From the IMG/VR virus record IMGVR_UViG_3300045988_107797, positions 1 to 53,599 of that record: a DNA stretch of 53,599 bases; one strand, 5' to 3'. Positions 41,706-49,756 of this stretch are shown here, one piece after another. The position numbers and the translations under genes are program-made. The stretch is from a virus. The number at the start of each line of letters is the position of its first letter. Positions within the stretch are counted from its first letter, which is position 1. The notes under the pieces were generated by a model, which saw only the letters and a list, made by a program, of their open reading frames with translations, was not told the origin of the DNA and did no database searches.

Positions 41706-43451
41706 TTATTCAAATGCATCTTTATTCAGTTTATATGCAACATAAGCATCTAACATAGCTGAAACAGGATCTATCTTCTGTTCGTAACGTTTTTTTAATA
41801 GTTTACGATTACCGTTCGTATCTTCGAGCGTGATGCAATTACCCATCGCAAAAGACATAAGTTCCTCATCAAAAATAAGCATTCGTTCTTCGGACAATTT
41901 CTTCAATTCTCCAAGAGGAACCGTCTCTGTCTTGGCGCCTTGACGAACCATCTCAATTCCGAATGGTCCATTTTCAGATTGCCATCTTTCGATAAACTCT
42001 TTAGCGTTATATGGGTCATAACCAAGACAACGAACATCATATTCGGCTTCAATAATATGCCTATCAATATCTTCGAAAACTTCCATCATATCCAAAACAG
42101 TTCCCTCAAGAACGATCAGACTACCTTCTTGCATAAACTGATCATATTTAATTCTCATAGCACCTGGAAGTTTATGTAACGTAAGAGACGAAATATAGGA
42201 TCTTACTTTTACGCCGAAACGACCATTCCCCAATGGAAATAGAAATACAAAAGCACAAAAGTCGTCGCCCTGCGATAAATCGACGCCCATAGCACAAGGC
42301 ATTTTCCAAAAACTTTGTTTTCTATGAGGAAGGGTCTCTTCATATGAGAAGTAATAGGTATAACCCTCCATAGGTAGACCAAATCTCTTCGCAAGGATAT
42401 CATTTCTGGCAGCTGGAGCTTTTTCAGCTCTTTCAACATCAAGCTGATACGTTTCGTAGCTTACGGTTTTTCCAATATTCGGATTAGCCTTGATATACAT
42501 TTCAGGGTCTCCGACTTCGTCAATGGAGTCAAGCTTATACCACCAAATCGAAACGTGAGGATTGATATAGTCACCCTTAAGGATGTCTATCAATTCCATT
42601 TTGATAGTATCACCGCTTCCGTTACGAACCGTACCTTCTGAGCTGATTGCAACTATGATGTAGTCATTCACCTTAGATGCACCCTGCTCAATTGCACCGA
42701 TAACATCCTCACGAATGTCGCCAGAAAGCCACTCGTCAACGGTCGCGACCTTGATTTGTAGACCCTGAAGCTTATTGATGCTCATGGGCCTGACCTCAAG
42801 AAGTGAACCTGTAAGGAAGTTTTCAATACCCTTTTTTGTAGAGGCTAACTTTGTGCGATTTGCTTTAGAACCGGTTGTATTTTGTAAAGAGCCTTCTGTT
42901 AGAAACCGAAACAGCGGTCCTCTTGCACGGGTTATAGCAGTACGAAGAGGCGACATGACTTCCTCTGCCTGTTTCATCGTTGGTGCCGTAGTAATCTGAT
43001 GGGTGGTTGAGGTATCAACGTTCAGAAAGTAACCTTGTAAAGTTGATGCATACATTGATTTGGCAGCACCTCGTGCAACAATCAAATACTGTTTGTTGAT
43101 TAGCCGTTTCTTTATATTTTTGCGAACATAATGTCCGCCATGTCCATCCAAATTAGGCTCGTACACACTTCGTTCTACAAAATAGTACCATCCAAAAATT
43201 TGCTCGCCCCAAAGTTTAAAACTGTCAAGAAGATTAAGATCGGATCCATCAGTTAATGTCAACTCATGTTCACAGTATTTAATCCAGCCTTCAACGGCTT
43301 TATCGTCGTAATAAACGCCAGGATTGGCGATTAGATCGTCAATGCGATTCATCTCCATTGAAATTTCGCGATTAACGGGTATCTCTCCTCGTATTACAGC
43401 ATCGCGAAACATACCGTAGTATTTTGGAGTAGCTGTATTTGATAGTGCCAT
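41706..43451 (-). CDS. terL: Terminase large subunit (Terminase_1 type)
   Basis: 581 aa. YLIVARGAAKSMY (P-loop-like), VATVDEW (Walker B). Nuclease part: GVDLSQGDDFCAF...KIDPVSAMLDAY. Confidence 0.85.
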   Translation of the reverse strand: MALSNTATPKYYGMFRDAVIRGEIPVNREISMEMNRIDDLIANPGVYYDDKAVEGWIKYCEHELTLTDGSDLNLLDSFKLWGEQIFGWYYFVERSVYEPNLDGHGGHYVRKNIKKRLINKQYLIVARGAAKSMYASTLQGYFLNVDTSTTHQITTAPTMKQAEEVMSPLRTAITRARGPLFRFLTEGSLQNTTGSKANRTKLASTKKGIENFLTGSLLEVRPMSINKLQGLQIKVATVDEWLSGDIREDVIGAIEQGASKVNDYIIVAISSEGTVRNGSGDTIKMELIDILKGDYINPHVSIWWYKLDSIDEVGDPEMYIKANPNIGKTVSYETYQLDVERAEKAPAARNDILAKRFGLPMEGYTYYFSYEETLPHRKQSFWKMPCAMGVDLSQGDDFCAFVFLFPLGNGRFGVKVRSYISSLTLHKLPGAMRIKYDQFMQEGSLIVLEGTVLDMMEVFEDIDRHIIEAEYDVRCLGYDPYNAKEFIERWQSENGPFGIEMVRQGAKTETVPLGELKKLSEERMLIFDEELMSFAMGNCITLEDTNGNRKLLKKRYEQKIDPVSAMLDAYVAYKLNKDAFE

Positions 43452-43530
43452 AATCTTAATAACTTTCTATTTATTTAGAGAACGTTTCAACTCGTTTATG
43501 TTTTTGTGTGTTTGTGTGTTTGTATGTTTT

Positions 43531-43941
43531 TTATTTTTCTTTCAAGCTATAATTTCCAGTTGCTACGTCATAAGATACATAATAGTCATTTGAAAATTTA
43601 TTAATATATTCTTTTACTTGATTAACGCGCTTTTCAGATAACTTTTTTAATTGATTTAGACGCATTGTTTGGTCCATTCTTGCACCTGACGTAACCCATC
43701 TTCCATATAGTGCTGGGGTTAATGCTTCTTTAGCTCCAGCATCAGCTAATTTATATTGTCTATCATAAGACTTATATTTCATTATAGCTTTATCTGATTT
43801 TTTGAATGCCTTGTTAATTTTGTATTCCGCTCTTTTTCGTCCAGCATCCGTCAAACTTCCATCAGCATTCTGATATCTTCGAACACCCCACTTCATACCA
43901 AGAATACCGTGATGGTAGAGTTCATTGGTCATACTATTCAT
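43531..43941 (-). CDS. N-box paralog 2 (136 aa)
   Basis: Begins MNSMTNELYHHGILGMKWGVRRYQNADGSLTDAGRKR. Confidence 0.65.
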   Translation of the reverse strand: MNSMTNELYHHGILGMKWGVRRYQNADGSLTDAGRKRAEYKINKAFKKSDKAIMKYKSYDRQYKLADAGAKEALTPALYGRWVTSGARMDQTMRLNQLKKLSEKRVNQVKEYINKFSNDYYVSYDVATGNYSLKEK

Positions 43942-43960
43942 CCTCTCTTATTCAAAAATA

Positions 43961-44386
43961 TCACAATCCATTACGGTTAAGTTCTTTCATGAGCTGATTT
44001 CCAACAGCGTTAGCGATACCATTTCCGACTATTTTACCGACGGTAACAAGTTGGTTACTACTATTGTAAATACTTAGTGCTGTACCCATAACCCCAGCAC
44101 CAAGAACAACATATTTCCAACCCTTTTTAATCGCATTCGGATTGAGTTTCTTATAATTCTGTTCAAGTTGTGCTCTTTCGGTTAATTTTCGTAATTCCGC
44201 ATTCGACATTTCATTGATAGATTTCCGCTTCAATTGGTCGACCGTCTTTGCGTCATCGCTCCAATTGTTGGTTCGATCTCGTCTGCGTTTCTTACCGGCC
44301 GGAGTATAAGTGCCATCTTTATTCTGATAACGTCTTATACCCCACTTCATACCAAGAATACCGTGATGATACAGTTCATTTTTCAC
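43961..44386 (-). CDS. N-box paralog 1 (141 aa, GTG start) with a hydrophobic Gly-rich C-terminus
   Basis: GGAGGTG SD. Begins MKNELYHHGILGMKWGIRRYQNKDGTYTPAGKKR...; also KYVVLGAGVMGTALSIY. Confidence 0.6.
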   Translation of the reverse strand: MKNELYHHGILGMKWGIRRYQNKDGTYTPAGKKRRRDRTNNWSDDAKTVDQLKRKSINEMSNAELRKLTERAQLEQNYKKLNPNAIKKGWKYVVLGAGVMGTALSIYNSSNQLVTVGKIVGNGIANAVGNQLMKELNRNGL

Positions 44387-44388
44387 GA

Positions 44389-44745
44389 TTAATCACCTCC
44401 ATTATTGATTAGCGGAGGATCAGCTTCTACCATAAGTCTCCATTCTAATTCGACGATCTGCGCTTTTAATGATTCGAGCACGGATGCTATGGTTGGAGGA
44501 TCGAATAGAAGCCTAACTTTAGCATACATATAACTCTTAACAGCTGCAAGCTTCGAACCATCTGCAAGAAAGTCGTTCCAAGTATCCAAATCGCTTGTAA
44601 TGCTAAATCCATATTTCGGGCCAACTCCAAGCTGCTTAAGAATCATAAAAACCGAATTAATATGAATAATCAAGTCGGTATCAAAAGATGTATCCTCCTG
44701 CGATATGCCTACCAATTTCTTTACCGATATTAGTATGCTATCCAT
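44389..44745 (-). CDS. Hypothetical protein, possibly a gp6-like head-tail connector
   Basis: 118 aa. An N-terminal ISVKKLVGISQEDTSFDTDLI pattern resembles connector/adaptor proteins. Confidence 0.3.
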   Translation of the reverse strand: MDSILISVKKLVGISQEDTSFDTDLIIHINSVFMILKQLGVGPKYGFSITSDLDTWNDFLADGSKLAAVKSYMYAKVRLLFDPPTIASVLESLKAQIVELEWRLMVEADPPLINNGGD

Positions 44746-44760
44746 TTTGATTTTTCTCCT

Positions 44761-45045
44761 TTAAGACGATAGTTCCACAAAATCTTTCATACAGTAGCCT
44801 TTAACACCATAACTGTTGGCTACCTCAAAAAAGACCGAATTCGCTTCCCCGATCAATTCTAGTCGGGTGCCTTTCTCCAATACGCAAAGAATTTTACTTT
44901 CAACACGTGGAAGTTCACGAAGATTAAGCCTTTCACATGTAACTGTAACAAAAGATTTAATAGGTGTTTCCGCAATAGGATGAGGTTTGTCGTAATTTCG
45001 ATGATTTCGAGACATTATTTCCTCCATCAATGCCGCCAAGGGCAT
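44761..45045 (-). CDS. SH3-like domain protein (94 aa)
   Basis: VTCERLNLRELPRVESKILCVLEKGTRLELIGE...GYC is an SH3_3-like pattern. Confidence 0.4.
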   Translation of the reverse strand: MPLAALMEEIMSRNHRNYDKPHPIAETPIKSFVTVTCERLNLRELPRVESKILCVLEKGTRLELIGEANSVFFEVANSYGVKGYCMKDFVELSS

Positions 45046-45443
45046 GTATCATATTGTTTTCTTTCAATTGGTGCGACTATCAACAGTTTTTCATCGCCGT
45101 AATGTATTGCATTGTGTGTGTTGTGCGAAGTTGAAATAAGATTATTCAAATCAAAAACGCAAGGGTTACACGCAACTATGTCTTCTACCGTTATCGGATT
45201 AATGTGATGAATAATAATTTTACTGTAAATCTCAAATCCCTCACATCCCAAATCACAGCCATTATCGCGTAGTATTACCTTATCTCGTACTCGTTTCCAT
45301 TCGCTTAACGTATAAAGCTTTTGATTTAAATACCTATCGTGTCCAAAAGTTTGATCGCCAATAACCCCATAGACTTTAAGATAACGAAATCGTTCCTCAA
45401 AAGTTGGTATCGTTATTAGTTCATTATAAGACTTCATCATCAT
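45027..45443 (-). CDS. HNH endonuclease
   Basis: IIIHHINPITVEDI...NLISTSHNTHNAIHYG. The start is uncertain (three consecutive ATGs at 45437-45443; the track uses an upstream GTG). Confidence 0.7.
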   Translation of the reverse strand: MMMKSYNELITIPTFEERFRYLKVYGVIGDQTFGHDRYLNQKLYTLSEWKRVRDKVILRDNGCDLGCEGFEIYSKIIIHHINPITVEDIVACNPCVFDLNNLISTSHNTHNAIHYGDEKLLIVAPIERKQYDTCPWRH

Positions 45444-45765
45444 CCGAATCGTCCCGCCCACTATATTCTTTCATAGCTGCTAGAGCCTCGAGATACATTT
45501 CTTTCATTTCTGTAGCCGATTCATAAGCGTGTTTCTTAGCGTCAAGCAATGCTACCTCTTTTTCAAGTTTAGCCCTTTCCAACCGTTCTCTTTCCGTCCC
45601 CAATCTCAAATAATGAGCTATCACCTGCGTGGAGGCGGTTCCATTCCTAAGCTGTTGTTCAGCCAAATCAGTAGCAAGAAATATCAGCTGATTTTCTCTG
45701 GCTTCTGGAGTCAAAGCCGGTTTGAATTTAGTCTCGGACTTTTTTTCAGAAGTTACTTTTTTCAC
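45424..45765 (-). CDS. Small-terminase-like / packaging accessory protein candidate
   Basis: 113 aa, helical, acidic tail. Its position upstream of HNH is the only real evidence. Confidence 0.3.
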   Translation of the reverse strand: MKKVTSEKKSETKFKPALTPEARENQLIFLATDLAEQQLRNGTASTQVIAHYLRLGTERERLERAKLEKEVALLDAKKHAYESATEMKEMYLEALAAMKEYSGRDDSDDDEVL

Positions 45766-45796
45766 AATAACCGCCTCCTTTCATCATTTATAGGGA

Positions 45797-46822
45797 TCAT
45801 GAAATGAAGATTTTCAGCCTTCCGTAATGGGTCCACTTCTTAAGATTATCGATTTTACCCGTCATTCTATTGTAAGTCTTGCGACTCCAAACATCGGGAA
45901 ACGGACGGAATACCACACCATAAGCAGTGCCAGCGGCTTCATAAAGACCATCTGAACCAAGAACTGCCATATGAACAGCCTTACCTGTAGCATCAACCCT
46001 AAAGAAAATATCCAAGGGACGAACTTCGTTGGCGGTTATCTGCTTGCAGAAGTTTTTAAACATTCCATTAGCAGTAGTATCATCCTTACGATTGACTACT
46101 CCATCGCCATTAATATCGATAAGCCCGATCATCTCATTCAGCTTCATAAACAAACCGGAGCAATCTTCGGCATATATATGACGTCCAAGGGAATTGGCCC
46201 TCGAAACTTCTGCCAGCATCCAATTCTTTCGACCACCGGTAAAATACCCAGGTCTATCTTTCGCTCTCGCATTTACATAATCTGCGGTTACTTCGTGTCC
46301 CTGAGCACCGATAATATACTCGTCACCGACCATCATTCTCAGCCAACAGGTGGCATCATTAATGAGCTCATCGTCATATACGAGTTTAGAAATATCCGGA
46401 GCCATATTAAGAGCATCCATAGTTATGTCATCCACAATACCGGTAGTCGGAAATCCTTTATCCTTCTGGAATTTCTCTACTGCTTTTGCTGACTTAGGGC
46501 CATATACTCCATCTGAAGAAACCTTATAGCCATGAACTATAAGGCGCTCCTGAACGTGTTTCACTTCCTCACCCCTCATATAAGGATTATCCAATTTAAT
46601 TTCCATATGCTTGTCAATAGTATTAAGCGCGGCCATTGTAGCGTCATCTACAATACCAGTAACATGTAGTCCATTAGCCTTTTGGAACTTCTCTACTGCT
46701 TTGGCTGACTTGGGTCCGTATATTTCGTCAACGGAGACCTTATAGCCATGAATTATAAGACGCTCCTGAATATGTTTTACTTCTTCGCCTTTCATATAAG
46801 GCATATCGAGTTTAATTTCCAT
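45797..46822 (-). CDS. Endolysin: 2 x PG_binding_1 plus an NlpC/P60-type cysteine peptidase
   Basis: Two repeats of VKHIQERLIIHGYKVS.DEIYGPKSAKAVEKFQKANGL..TGIVDD.TM.ALN. The C-terminus has AEDCSGLF...VHMAV. Confidence 0.7.
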   Translation of the reverse strand: MEIKLDMPYMKGEEVKHIQERLIIHGYKVSVDEIYGPKSAKAVEKFQKANGLHVTGIVDDATMAALNTIDKHMEIKLDNPYMRGEEVKHVQERLIVHGYKVSSDGVYGPKSAKAVEKFQKDKGFPTTGIVDDITMDALNMAPDISKLVYDDELINDATCWLRMMVGDEYIIGAQGHEVTADYVNARAKDRPGYFTGGRKNWMLAEVSRANSLGRHIYAEDCSGLFMKLNEMIGLIDINGDGVVNRKDDTTANGMFKNFCKQITANEVRPLDIFFRVDATGKAVHMAVLGSDGLYEAAGTAYGVVFRPFPDVWSRKTYNRMTGKIDNLKKWTHYGRLKIFIS

Positions 46823-47753
46823 CGATTATCCTCCAAGTTTTAGGTCCAACAATTCCGTCGTCATCAAGAGCGTTGTCACGCTGCAAAGATTTGACTGCTT
46901 TGCTTGTTTTACTTCCAAATATACCATCAGCCGTACCGCAATCGTAATGATGCGCATTGAGCCAATTCTGAAGCTGAGAAACATCGGTATAACCATCTTC
47001 ATCTCTCATGCCTTTTCGCAAAGTTCGACGAATCTCTACTCCATTTTGAATTTCTTGCTCTTTATCTCTGACTGGCTGAATCACCAGGATGTCGCCAACA
47101 CGCAGCACATCTTCCCAACTAATGAAGCACTCGCCCCTCTTTCCCCATCTGGAACCCCACGAGTTTTGAACGCAGGCATATTCCGTACCATTAATAACAT
47201 CCCAACCGAAAATTCGCATTTCATGGTAACCATACGTAGATTGAGTACAAGGCCAGATACCCTTGCTATTAGGATTCCACTGGCTGATAGCAAAGCATGC
47301 GGCAACGCCATATCCGGCATATAAAGCGGATTTAATGTCATTAACCGTATAAGCTCTGCCATAAATAGCTCCCTTATAAGGAGCAGCTACTTTTTCCAAT
47401 GCGTCACGATTTTGGCGATAATAATAGATTACATCCATAACCTCTCTTTCACCACGATCGTGTTTGTATGGCGCAATACCATAAGTATTCAAGAATTTTG
47501 CTGCTTCGGCTGGGATCATTCCCTCCATCTGATGGCTCCTTCCGCCACCATAGAGAAAATTTGTACCGAATTCAATACCGTATGCTTCTCGCATAATATT
47601 GCGCAGAGTTTGTGCTACACAAGTGCCATGCTCTTGATCATAATTCTTACCTACATGCTGTTTAAAAGTTTTTGGTAATGCAACAGGCATAAGGGTTCTT
47701 ACAGAATAGTCTCTCGGATCTGGAGGTGATGGGATAGCTCCTATCTTATACAT
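46812..47753 (-). CDS. Endolysin candidate: papain-like (C1) cysteine peptidase plus PG_binding_1
   Basis: DQEHGTCVAQT (Q...C), GYHEMRIFGWD (His), VQNSWGSRWGKRG (N-S-W). The C-terminus reads LQNWLNAHHYDCGTADGIFGSKTSKAVKSLQRDNALDDDGIVGPKTW. Confidence 0.65.
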   Translation of the reverse strand: MYKIGAIPSPPDPRDYSVRTLMPVALPKTFKQHVGKNYDQEHGTCVAQTLRNIMREAYGIEFGTNFLYGGGRSHQMEGMIPAEAAKFLNTYGIAPYKHDRGEREVMDVIYYYRQNRDALEKVAAPYKGAIYGRAYTVNDIKSALYAGYGVAACFAISQWNPNSKGIWPCTQSTYGYHEMRIFGWDVINGTEYACVQNSWGSRWGKRGECFISWEDVLRVGDILVIQPVRDKEQEIQNGVEIRRTLRKGMRDEDGYTDVSQLQNWLNAHHYDCGTADGIFGSKTSKAVKSLQRDNALDDDGIVGPKTWRIIDGN

Positions 47754-47778
47754 GATTAAACTCCTTTTTTAAATATGT

Positions 47779-48558
47779 TTATCGTTTCATTCGAAATATC
47801 GCCAAAAATGCGAAAAATACCCCGAAACCTAGAATTATACAAACACCCACTATAGCAGCCGTTATCGGAACATCTCCAGTCTTGGGCAGTACCATGTTTT
47901 CAACGGGTTTTACGGTAGCACTCTGAGCCTTCCAGCTTACTATTTTTTCAGTTTCGCAAATCTTGCCGAAATTTCGAAGAAGTACCTCGTCACTCATTAC
48001 TATCCGTCCACCATAGACATCTTCTAGTGTCATCTCTAGCTCGTTCAGCTTTTTGGTTAGTTCGAGAGCGGTCCCGTTAAACCTCACATCCGTAACAATA
48101 TTGTTCGCTCGTGTAAAAGTCAGTTCGCCTATCTGGACTGTATTTCCGTTAGCTGTAACTTTCTCGGAGCCAAAGTAAAGTTCATTCATATCAGTCTTTT
48201 CTGTAATCTTAACCTGAAGATAAGGGTCGTCTCCGGTCACCTTGGCCTCATGAAGACCATTTGAAAGCGTTCGAGTATACTCTAGGTCATGCATAAAAAG
48301 TTCATAACCATCGAAATCGTTATTATTCTTATCCCTTACAGAAAGTGAAAAATAAACCTTACTGTGCTTCTTAGCAACAGCATTCGAATTCTCAGTAAAA
48401 GCTGTGCCCAAATCAGAATTGACCACTTCATACTTATCCACCTGAATATTGTAATAGGTGGAATTCTCTACATTTAGTGTCTTCCAATTAAGTGCCAAAG
48501 CCGATGACGTTGAAAAAACAAGTATCATAATGATAAGAAACGTTATAATCTTTTTCAT
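47779..48558 (-). CDS. Secreted LPXTG (sortase-anchored) cell-wall surface protein
   Basis: Signal peptide MKKIITFLIIMILVFSTSSALA. The C-terminus has LPKTGD, then the hydrophobic VPITAAIVGVCIILGFGVFFAFLAIF, then RMKR. Confidence 0.8.
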   Translation of the reverse strand: MKKIITFLIIMILVFSTSSALALNWKTLNVENSTYYNIQVDKYEVVNSDLGTAFTENSNAVAKKHSKVYFSLSVRDKNNNDFDGYELFMHDLEYTRTLSNGLHEAKVTGDDPYLQVKITEKTDMNELYFGSEKVTANGNTVQIGELTFTRANNIVTDVRFNGTALELTKKLNELEMTLEDVYGGRIVMSDEVLLRNFGKICETEKIVSWKAQSATVKPVENMVLPKTGDVPITAAIVGVCIILGFGVFFAFLAIFRMKR

Positions 48559-48607
48559 TTTGATTTTTCCTTTCTATTTTTGTGTTAACAAAGAGCCATG
48601 TGGTTTC

Positions 48608-48797
48608 TTATTCCTGAAGTTTCCATCCATCGGGATATTGTTCTGGGGTGTAGACGTTAGCGGCGATGAGGCTCTTGGCCGTTGTGAACGAATGCCGCGC
48701 CTTTTGCATAGCTCGTTCCAGCCTGCCACGGCTCCAATGCCGCCGCGTCCATACTGGCACGGATGGCCTGCGCCTGCTGCAAAATATCTGTTCTCAT
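48608..48797 (-). pseudogene. Small ORF split by a +1 frameshift
   Basis: ATG at 48797 with a GGAGGAG SD gives MRTDILQQAQAIRASMDAAALEPWQAGTSYAKGAAFVHNGQEPHRR*. In the +1 frame the text continues KSLIAANVYTPEQYPDGWKLQE*. Removing one C in AACGGCCAAG restores a 62-aa ORF. Confidence 0.55.
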
Positions 48798-48941
48798 ACG
48801 CTCTCCTCCGTTTCCACACCCAATAACGACCTTTCTATATTTTGCAAGCTAAATTTTGCGTGATTAAAAATTTTTAACAGCCACCCCGATGGCAGATGCC
48901 GCCGGTATGATGTATTCCATTTACGTTACCTCCGTCATACG

Positions 48942-49463
48942 TTACGATAGCTTTGTTGCGTTGGCTTCCAAAAATTCAAGGACTTCGCCGGTTGCAGGTT
49001 CGTCAAGCACGATTGTACGGTAGGCTTCGTTTTGCCATGTAGATGTTTTGTAATCGTAAACAAGTGTTTGATTGTAGTCATCTTTATAATAGTACAGATA
49101 ATCGTAGAACTTGTTTCTTATTTCCACAAATCGCACATATGCGACACCATTTGATTTAAAATTGACAATTTTCGACTGCCGACATCTATCTATCGTATCG
49201 TTGAAGTACCATGTCTCGCCACTTGGCGCAGAGCCAACTAATTCCACAACAATATTGCCCTGCATTAACTTCCCATTGCAGTTCAGCGTTTTGCCTCCTA
49301 TGACAACATCAGATACCATCACTTTGCCATTACAGCCCAGTGTTTTGGTGTCTCCGTCATTAAGTGTTGCAATGGTTGCGTTGTTGTAAGCAACAGACAC
49401 AGGGGCGGTTTCGTCAACAGCAGATATCTCGTTGCCGTTATAAGAAATCTTGCAAGTGCTCAT
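48942..49463 (-). CDS. Tail-fibre-module protein (173 aa)
   Basis: ORF track; its start overlaps the upstream stop. Confidence 0.6.
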   Translation of the reverse strand: MSTCKISYNGNEISAVDETAPVSVAYNNATIATLNDGDTKTLGCNGKVMVSDVVIGGKTLNCNGKLMQGNIVVELVGSAPSGETWYFNDTIDRCRQSKIVNFKSNGVAYVRFVEIRNKFYDYLYYYKDDYNQTLVYDYKTSTWQNEAYRTIVLDEPATGEVLEFLEANATKLS

Positions 49464-49744
49464 TATGTCACGCTCCCGTCATAGGTCGGAATTGCCACCG
49501 TCACCGCCACACTACTCAGCCCATCATACCCATCATCAGGCGTGATGGTAGCCGTACCGTTTGAGGTGTAGGTGACAGATTTGGATTGGAGGCTGGGCGC
49601 GCTGCTGGCAGGAATACTAGCAATCGCCGTGGCGAGGTTGGCAACAGTTTGAGACGCTGGCACCGTGCCGCCTTTCTCTGATACCTTGCTGTAGGCGTTT
49701 CCGACAGCCGTAATAATGCGATCAATTTCGCTTTGTACGCTCAT
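49463..49744 (-). CDS. Tail-fibre-module protein (93 aa), with an N-terminus paralogous to 49757..50866
   Basis: MSVQSEIDRIITAVGNAYSKV... compared with MSIANEISRIQEARDTLRAKA... Confidence 0.6.
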   Translation of the reverse strand: MSVQSEIDRIITAVGNAYSKVSEKGGTVPASQTVANLATAIASIPASSAPSLQSKSVTYTSNGTATITPDDGYDGLSSVAVTVAIPTYDGSVT

Positions 49745-49756
49745 ATGATACCTCCG

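Noticed and set aside
48831-48862. A tenth promoter-like block (ACGCAAAATTTAGCTTGCAAAATATAGAAAGG) upstream of the frameshifted gene
   Set aside because: The spacing between CGCA and the hexamer is 17 nt rather than 14, the hexamer is TATAGA, and the RCA position is not conserved. It may be an ordinary promoter but is not a member of the family.
48864-48920. An 18-codon ORF (MEYIIPAASAIGVAVKNF) with a GGAGGT SD after the 173-aa fibre-module gene
   Set aside because: It is too short to support without expression or conservation data.
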